Assembly: GCF_004010195.1 (NCBI RefSeq)
Contig: NC_057754.1
Location: 10,800,345 to 10,857,383, forward strand
From: Chiloscyllium plagiosum
Taxonomy: Eukaryota
DNA: 57,039 nucleotides
Direction: 5' to 3'
The position numbers and the translations under genes are program-made. This document shows positions 48,655 to 57,039 of the stretch, piece after piece. The first letter of the stretch is position 1. Every line of letters begins with the position of its first letter. The notes below the pieces were generated by a model. It did not search any database. It worked only from the letters and a program-made list of their open reading frames with translations, and was not told the origin of the DNA.

Positions 48655-51600
48655 CAAGGCTGAAGTTGGGAATAAACTTCCAATGGAGTCCACTTAGTCC
48701 CAAAAATTGAAGCACCTCTTTCTTTGAGGTTGGTCCTTGAAATTCCTCAATGGCCTTTGTCTTTGTGTTCCTTGTGATCAACCCTGCATAACTGCCGTTC
48801 TGTCCCAAGCACATCACCTCTGCTTTCGCGAATTCTATTTTCTCTAAGTTTATTACCAGTTTTCTTTGTCTTAATCGTTCAAAGAGCTCTGACAACTGTA
48901 CCATGTGATCTTTCCATGACTCACTAAAGATCATGACATCATCCAGATAGACTGCACAATTTGTTAACCCACCCACTGCAGGGCAGTAACTAACACCTGT
49001 TCCTCCAGTTCCCTCTTTTAATAATAATAAGGTTTCAACATATTCACATGACATATCCAATACAGTTTTTTCCTGTCTGGCATCTTTACCAGATAGTTCA
49101 CTTGATTCAACTTTTTTTTTCTCAATTTGATAGGGACCACTAAACTTGGCTTTGAAGGGATCTCCTACCACAGCTAACAATACTAATACATCATCCCCAT
49201 GGGAAAACATCCGAATTTCAGAGTTTTATCTGCCACCTGCTTCATTCTATGCTATGTCCTCTTCAGGTGCTGTTCAGCTAAAATACCTACGCGATTTAGT
49301 CTCTCCCTCACCGCCGATATATAATCCAAGTGCGAGATCTCCGACTTCGATCCTGTCAATTTCTTTTTAATTAATTTCAAAGGCCCTCTCACTTCATGAA
49401 TGAATATGAATTCAAAGGGAGTAAACTGAGTCAATTTGTTTGGGGCATCTTGGCAAACATTATGAATGAGATATCTTTATCCAATCATTCGGGTAATCCT
49501 AACAGCACGCTCTTAACAAGGTCTTCAGGGTCTGATGCCACCTTTTCAAAGCTCCCTGTGATTCAGGATGATATGCATTTGATTTAAAATGCTGTATGCC
49601 TAAGCTATCCATGACTTCCTGAAACAACCTAGCAGTAAAATTAGACCCTTGGTCGGACTGAATCTCTCTGAATAGCCATATTGCGTGAAGAAAGCTACTA
49701 ATTCCTCTACCACTCTTTTTGCCTTAATACTCCGTAATGGAATTGCCTCCGGAAATCTGTAGACACATCCATCGTGGTTCGCAAGTCCGGGTTGCTTCTA
49801 GTTCTAGTTTTTGGGAGAGGACTTACACAATCAATCATTACTCACGTGAAAGATTCTTTGTATGTGGGAACTGGCAAAAAAGGTGCTGTTTTTATTTCTG
49901 CCTATGGTTTACCTATCATTTGACACGTATGACATATATGGCAAAAGTTAACCACATCCTTGTACATTCCAGGCCAATAGAACATAGAAAAGTGCAGCAC
50001 AGAACAGGCCCTTTGGCCCACAATGTTGTGCCGAGATTTAATCCCAATGTAAAATATGGTAACTTAACCTACACACCCCTCAACTCACTGCTATCCATGT
50101 GCATGTCCAGCAGTCGCTTAAATGTCGCCAATAACTTTGCTTCTACCAACACAGTTGGCAACACATTCCATGCATTCACAACTCTCTGCGTAAAGAACCT
50201 ACCTCTGATGTCTCCTTTATACCTTCCTCCTAATATCTCCAAACTATGACTTCTCATCCCAGTCAATCCTGCCCTGGGGAAAAGTCTCTGGCTATTGACT
50301 CTTATCTATTCCTCTCATTATTTTGTACACCTCGATCAGGTCTCCTATCTTCTTCCTTCTCTCCAGAGAGAAAAGTCCGAGCTTATTCAACCTTTCTTCA
50401 TAAGGCAAGCCCTCCAGCCCAGGCAGCATCCTGGTAAACCTTCTTTGCACCCTCTCCAAAGCCTCTGTATCTTTCCTATAGTAGGGCGACCAGAACTGGA
50501 CACAATATTCCAAGTGTGATCTCACCAGGGACTTGTAGAGCTGCAGCAAAACCTCATGGCTCTTAAACTCGATCCCCCTGTTAATGAAAGCCAAAACACC
50601 ATATGCTTTTTTAACAACCCTATCCACTTGGATGGCAACTTGCACACCCAGATCCCTCTGTTCCTCCACACTGCCAAGAATCCTATCTTTAATCCTATAT
50701 TCAGCATTCAAGTTCGACCTTCCAAAATGCATCACTTCGCATTTATCCAGGTTGAACTCCATCTGCCATTTCTCAGCCCAGCTCTGCATCCTGTCTATGT
50801 CATGCTGCATCCTGTCTATGTCATACTGCAGCCTGCAGTAGCCCTCTATACTGTCGACAACACCTTCAACCTTTATGTCATCTGCAAATTTACTAACCCA
50901 CCCCTCAACCTCCTCATCCAAGTCATTTATAAAAACTACAAAAAGCAGAGGCCCAAGAACAGAGCCCTGCAGGACCCCACTCAACACTGTCCTCCAGGCA
51001 GAATACTTTCCATCCACAACCACTCGCTGCCTTCTGTCAGCCTGTCAATTCTGAATCCAGACAGCCAAATCTTCCTGCACCCCATACTTCCTGACTTTAT
51101 GAATGAGCCTACCATGGGGAACCCAATCAAATGCCTTGCTGAAGTCCATATACACCACATCCACTGCTCGACCATCGTCAACCTGTCTTGACACCTCCTC
51201 AAAGAACTCAATAAGATTTGTGAGGCATGACCTGCTCCTCACAAAGCCATGCTGACTGCCTTTAATCACGCTATGATTTGCCAAATAATCATAAATCCTG
51301 TCCCTCAGAATTCTTTCCAAAACTTTGCTGACCACAGACGTAAGACTGACTGGTCTGTAATTGCCAGGGATTTCCCTGTTACCCTTCTTGAAAAGAGGAA
51401 CAACATTCACCTCCTTCCAATCCTCCGGTACGACTCCTGTGGAGAGTGAGGAGGCAACTATCCTTGCCAGCAGCTTAGCAACCTCTTTTCTCACTTTTCG
51501 GAGCAGCCTAGGATAAATCTGGTCTGGCCCTGGGGACATACCAATCTTAATGTATTCCAAAATTTCTAGCCCATCAACTTCATCAATCTTGATCTGGTCA

Positions 51601-54600
51601 AGACTGCATCCCAGCTCCTCTAAGTTTTCATTTACAAAAGTTACCCTTCCTTGGTGAAAACCGAAGCAAAAAACCCATTTAGGGCTTCCCTTATCTACTC
51701 AGACTCCACGCACAAGTTCCCTTCGCTATCCCTGATCGGCCCTATCTTCTCCCTGATCATTCTCTCATTCCTCACGTATGAGTAAAATAATAAAAATGTT
51801 TTTCATCTTAGCCTAAGTCTTCTGTACACCGAGGTGACCTTCTATTGGTAGTTCATGTGCTACCCTTAAGACTTCCTGTCTGTATGCTACCAGCAACACA
51901 ATCTGGTGCACTTCACCTATTTCTGCTGCACTAACCTGCTGTGGTCTCCATTTTTGTCTTAGGATTCTATCTTTAAGATACTAACCCTCAGGAATATTCG
52001 CTGACTCCTTTTCTGAGTATGCATCAACATATATATCTTTTATTATCACATTTTTCTGTTTTAAGTCCATTAGCCTTTCAGGGCTAAACACCTCTGTCTG
52101 ATCCTCTGTCTGTTCAGGTTTTTCCTGCACCATTACATCAAACAGGATGCCTGCTAACTGAACTTCAACTCCTTCAGCATTCTCTTTAGTTTTTGCTTCG
52201 TGCTGTTACTTACGAGAGTAGGATCTTGTTACTACACAGTCGAGGAAAATTCCAGGATATTTTTCTTTTAACTCCTCAGTTCCTTGGTCTTCCTTTGGCT
52301 TCTCCACAACAAAGAGTGTCACTCCTAGCTTGGATCCTGCTAAGCCATTCCCAAGAACAAACTGTATTCCTTTAACTGACACTGACTTCTCCAGTCTTGA
52401 ATTGGCACCCCAACCTGATCTTACGTAGGGGAACCATAAATTTCTGTCTATCTATCCCACAAATTACTCCTCTCTCGGGTAACAGATCAGAAGGAGTGCA
52501 AATATGTGCACCTCTTCCTACTGGAGAGTGATTAGATCCTGTATCTCTCAAAATGATAACTTCTCCCCCTGTCCATTCTGAGTAAAGTTGACCCACACAG
52601 GCGAATTCTTGAAAGCATTCAGGCACTACTCCATACCCAGCTTTAGACTGTACACTATCCTGTAGCTCCTCGACTTTTCTTGGGGTTTCCTTTACTACTT
52701 TCATGAATGCCACTCGCTCAGCTTCTTTTACCACAGTGCCTTTCTTTAACGACCAGCACTGTGACTTTACGTATCCCACTTTCTGTCAGTGAAAACACCT
52801 TTTCCCAATGCCTTTCTTAAACCAGCAGCACTGTAATGTTCTATGTCCCACTCTGTTACAGTGCAAACACCTGAGGCCTTTCACCTCCTTACCACCCTCT
52901 TGGGTTTATTTCTTTTTAATGTGTGGTAAACAATTACAAGTGTTCTCTACTCTTTGTTTTGTAGTGTATAATGCCCCCCTTCTCCCAATTTTTATCCCTC
53001 ACAGAATAAAGTTCTGGCCAGAAGCCAAACTTTGCCTTATGCACAATGCATATTCATCTGCTATTTCTGAACTTTCTGTTCCTCCACATGAATTCTTATC
53101 ATCCCTGGAAGTGAGTTTTTAAACACCTCCAGCAGAATAATCTCTCTTCGAGCCTCATAGGTCTTATCTACTTTTAAGGCCTGCATCTATCTATCAAAAT
53201 TACTATGTTTAATTGCTTTGAACTCAACGTAATTCTGACTTAGTTCCTTTTTTATGCTTGTGAACCGCTGTCCATACGCTTCTGCTACCAAGTCAGAAGC
53301 ACTCAAGACAGCCCGTTTGACTTCTTCATAACCTCTTGACTCCTCATCTGACAGCGCTGCAAATGCCTCACTAGCTCTGGCCACCAGTTTAGTTTGAACT
53401 AGCATTACCCATAAGTCCTCTGACTACTCCCTCTGCCTAGCCAACTTTTCAAATGAAATAAAGAAGGCTTTGAGATATTTCACATCAAAATGTGGCAGCG
53501 TTTTAACATATTCATATATATCACTACCTTCTCTCTTCATCTCCACCCTGTTAACTTGACTATCCTGACTAAGTTACAACTTCTGAAGTTTAACTTCTCT
53601 CTCCTTTTCTCTTTCTTTTCTCTTTCATTCTCTCTCCCTTTCTTTTCTCTCTTTGCTCAGCGAAGGACCTTCTCTCTTTCTCTTTCTCCTCTCTCTTTCT
53701 TTCCTCTCTGTTTTTCTTTCTTTTTCCCCTCTCTATCTTCTAACTCGATTTTTCCGAATTTTAATTTAAGAGTTTCAAACTCTACTGTATTTGACTATTT
53801 CTCTAACACACCTAAGTGCTTAGCTAACTCCCTTACAATTTTGGCTTTACTCTTGTCCTTGATTAAACCCAATTCTAGTCCCTTTGCTAATTCTAAAAGT
53901 ATGGTCTTTTTATGCCCTTCTAACCTTTCTTGGCAAAGTTGGCAATCATCTTCAAGTTCTAGATCCTCTTTAGTAATTTTAAGAGCCATTTGTCTCAGTT
54001 TAATTTAACCAACCACAATTAACTAAAATTAAACAAATTGTCTCAGTTACGTTTTATTTAAAGATCTAGTCACTACGTGGCAAGTGTTTAAATCTGCTGG
54101 ATCTTTTGTACCTCAAATCTGTTCAAATCTGTCCAAATCTCAGACTGGATTTGTCTAAATCTGTACAAATCCCGGATAAGCGCCCAAACTGTTACGACAT
54201 GGTGGTGAACCCTTCTGATAATTAAACACCCAGAAAAGCTCACCTCACCTCATCATCTGTAAAAATATGAGTGACATTGAACTACCAAATTCCACTATTT
54301 AAAGAAAAAAATCAATTTATTCTTTAACTCTAAAAGTGGACATAAACAATAAGTATTTACAACTCTAAGCCTCCTTTATCTTAAATGCATGTTATCTGCC
54401 TTCCACTCAATAACGTTGTACCGTTCTCATAAAACCCCATATTAAAATTACATCACCTTAAGTTCAAAACCACACAGTGGCTGTCGTCTACAGTGTCCTC
54501 CTTCCGGCTCAAAATCTCCCTGGGTCGTCTTCAGTCTTCTGCTGCAAAGATGTTTCATATGAAAGGATACCTTTGATGGAGAGTGTTTTTATGGCAGTTA

Positions 54601-54953
54601 CTCTGGTGATGGCAGTTGGTCTCACTCTGGCTAACTCTCAAAATGCCTGCTTCTTTATTCCCCCAAATGTCAGATTGTCTCATTGGTTCAATATTGGCAA
54701 AAACAATAAATTCAAATTCGATTGGGTTTTAGTATCCTGGGGCATAATTTAAACTGATTGGCTAAATTCGAACTGTTGTGAAAACAGCACCCAAAACTCA
54801 GGTCTTTGTTTCACAGCCAAATGTTATTTATTTTCAATTTTTCAGGACACTCTGAGACTGCTAGTCAGTCACATGACAGTTGCCTGCACGGTCTCAGTGC
54901 AAAATAACTCACTCTCTCTTGAAGGTACAGTACATGCCTCCAACTTCATAACA
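48655..54953 (-). mobile_element. Gmr1-like Ty3/Gypsy LTR retrotransposon (LTR-PBS-gag-PR-IN-RT), decayed and 3'-truncated
   Basis: LTR 54190-54953 (TGTTATGA...TCGTAACA). tRNA-Pro-like PBS TGGGCGCTTATCCGGGAT at 54186-54169. Gag from 53989, with FEKLA...YEEVKRAVL...EAYGQRF...IILLEVF and two CCHC-like knuckles. PR LRDTGS ~52540. IN AHE..GHLG / WPGM..CHTCQ / FSGPY. RT YLDD at ~48945, after IN. Confidence 0.88.
49980..51785 (-). mobile_element. 5'-truncated CR1 LINE inserted into the Gypsy integrase
   Basis: RT motifs [24 protein letters not shown] and tail. Flanks rejoin as KHFY|WPGMYKD. Confidence 0.93.
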
Positions 54954-55580
54954 GGCACTACCCGTGAGATCCTTCTTGTATGCCCGGATGATCTGTGCCA
55001 CCCCATGCTGCCCTTAAAGTGGCTGCAGGGGAGTAAAGACTGTCACATGTCTTGCTGGAATGTGTATTTGCAAAGGAGGTCTGGAGAAAGATGCACTGGT
55101 TTTTGTCAAGGTTCATCCCAAGCAGCTCTGTGACACAGGACTCTGTGCTCTATTGTCTATTCCATTGGATGCGCACCAAGACAAACATCAACTGCATCTA
55201 GAGGACCATCAACCCAGTGAAAAACGCTCTTTGGCCTGCCCAAAATTTGCTGAACTTCAACAGCAAGGAGTTGACTTTGACCAAGTGTTGCAGACTGGCA
55301 CATTGCAAGGTCCAGGACTGCATGCTGAGGGACGTATATAAGCCTGGGGCAGTTGACTCCAAGGTGCAGTGGAGAAAGACCACCATCTAAGGTCTTTCTG
55401 CCAAAGTTAAATGGGGATCCGTTCAGCTATGGAACCCTCCCCTGCCTCAAAATATATTTACATATAGTCTTGCGTTAGTAAGAAATACCTTTGATTTATT
55501 TTGTGAACAGAGTCAAACTCCAATGTTTGTTTACTTCTTATGCTACTGTACAGAACTGAACTGCTAAATAAAATATATTT
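54954..55580 (+). mobile_element. Tx1/L1-clade LINE 3' end (zf-RVT region)
   Basis: LPVRSFLYAR...HVLLECVFAKEVW...VKNALW. AATAAA at ~55567. Confidence 0.7.
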
Positions 55581-55710
55581 TTGAAATCAAGAAATGCTCC
55601 TTTTCAAATTTTTTATATTCAACCTGTTCAGAGATGTAATGGTACACCGCTGGAGCAGTTGGGACTTGAATCCAAATCTTCTGGATCAGAGGAGAACACT
55701 ACAACACAAC

Positions 55711-56024
55711 GGGCGGCACGGTGGCACAGTGGTTAGCACTGCTGCCTCGCAGCGCCAGAGACCCGGGTTCAATTCCCGACTCAGGCGACTGACTGTGTGG
55801 AGTTTGCACGTTCTCCCCGTGTCTGCGTGGGTTTCCTCCGGGTGCTCCGGTTTCCTCCCACAGTCCAAAGATGTGCAGGGTCAGGTGAATTGGCCATACT
55901 AAATTGCCCGTAGTGTTAGATAAGGGGTAAATGTAGGGGTATGGGTGGGTTTCGCTTCGGCGGGTCGGTGTGGACTTGTTGGGCCGAAGGGCCTGTTTCC
56001 ACACTGTAATCTAATCTAATCTAA
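55711..56024 (+). mobile_element. HE1-type SINE (CpG-rich, young)
   Basis: GGCACGGTGGCACAGTGGTTAGC A-box, GGTTCAATTCC B-box, (TCTAA)n tail. Confidence 0.93.
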
Positions 56025-56804
56025 AAGATACCTCTTGCTCCTTTGTCACACGTGCGTTTCGATCTCTATCCCTCCATTACTACCTTTTACTTTTGAGCTG
56101 AACACAATTAAAATATTTTCCACTCACCCTTCCTTGCCTTCTGCCAACAATTTTTTCCAGCTGCTTCCACTTCTGAAGTAGCATCATCTTGGACATGAAT
56201 TGTTAATTCTTTCACTCTCCACAAGTACTGCCAAAACTGCTATATTTCTTCATAGTTCCTTTTTATTTCATATTTCCTGCATCTGCCTTTTTAAAAATCT
56301 ACCCCATGGCTTGGTGGGAATGATAGAATGGTGGATGTGCTAAGTTTAAAGATTGTGTTCCAAGTACAATTCTACTGTTGGGGATAGCCAGCAGTACCTC
56401 CTGCATTCCCAATTTTGAGTTACTCGATCATATATGTTTCAAATTCATTCCCTTGAGCGCAGTGATAGTGCCACCTAATATGAGTATTCTCAATGTGAAA
56501 ACAGGGCTTTATCTCCACAAGGACTATTTGGTGGTTACTCTCACCAGTGCTGTCATGTAAAAAAGAAAATCTGCAGCAAGCAGATTCATTAGGAAGAGAT
56601 TTGGTATGTATTTCCCTCTCGTTTGCTCCCTCACAAACTGCTGCAGGCCCACTTTATCAGCTATCTGATTTAGGACTCGACCAGCTAGGTCAGTAGAGTC
56701 ACAGAAATGTACAGCAGAAAAACAGGCCCTTCCATCCAACTTGTCTGCTCAATCAAAAAACCGAAACTAAATTGTGACATTTGCCTGTACTTGGCCCATA
56801 TCCG

Positions 56805-57039
56805 AGGAGAAAGTGAGGACTGCAGATGCTGGAGGTCAGAGCTGAAAATGTGTTGCTGGAAAAGCGCAGCAGGTCAGGCAGCATCCAAGGAGCAGGAGAA
56901 TTGACGTTTCGGGCATGAGCCCTTCTTCAGGAATGAGGAAAGTGTGCCCAGCAGGCTAAGATAAAAGGTAGGGAGGAGGGACTTGGGAGAGGGGCGTTGG
57001 AAATGCGATAGGTGGAAGGAGGTTAAGGTGAGGGTGATA
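56805..57039 (-). mobile_element. Penelope-like element 3' terminus with hammerhead motif (56901-56933), running off the window
   Basis: Same family as 27059-27291. Minus strand UUC-CUGAAGA-A-GGGC-UCAU-GCCC-GAAA-CG-UC. Confidence 0.75.

Noticed and set aside
50784..50828. In-frame 21-bp tandem duplication in CR1 RT (YDIDRMQHDIDRMQ)
   Set aside because: Ordinary slippage in a dead, frameshifted copy.
53490..54008. 172-aa F/S/L-rich plus-strand ORF resembling a membrane protein
   Set aside because: Antisense of the E/R/K-rich coiled-coil region of the Gypsy Gag.
55711..55785. Possible tRNA gene (A-box and B-box)
   Set aside because: It is the head of a multi-copy SINE that continues into core and LINE-derived tail, with no poly-T terminator.

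Overview
Vertebrate genomic DNA, most likely a cartilaginous fish. This is inferred from HE1-type tRNA-SINEs with (TCTAA)n tails, shark-type CR1 LINEs and the style of the ZNF exons. The backbone is a minus-strand tandem C2H2 zinc-finger cluster: one intact-looking gene (13351-14586, 11 canonical fingers, no KRAB/SCAN in the exon), about five decayed paralogs, and CpG-rich promoter-like islands. It is heavily invaded by retroelements. (1) A defective class I, HERV-I-like provirus on the minus strand (32795-41695; LTR-gag-pro-pol-env-LTR), with a second related LTR plus tRNA-Pro PBS head-to-head on the plus strand. (2) A Gmr1-like Ty3/Gypsy element with PR-IN-RT order and SCAN-related Gag, directly upstream of and co-oriented with a ZNF array. 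(3) CR1, Rex1 and Tx1 LINE fragments, HE1 SINEs and a MITE. (4) Several Penelope-like families whose terminal repeats carry minimal type I hammerhead ribozyme motifs; many copies are coding-free fold-back inserts flanked by 10-16 bp TSDs. Two N-gaps (24195-24336, 40628-41380) limit interpretation. Family assignments come from motif recognition only; no searches were run.
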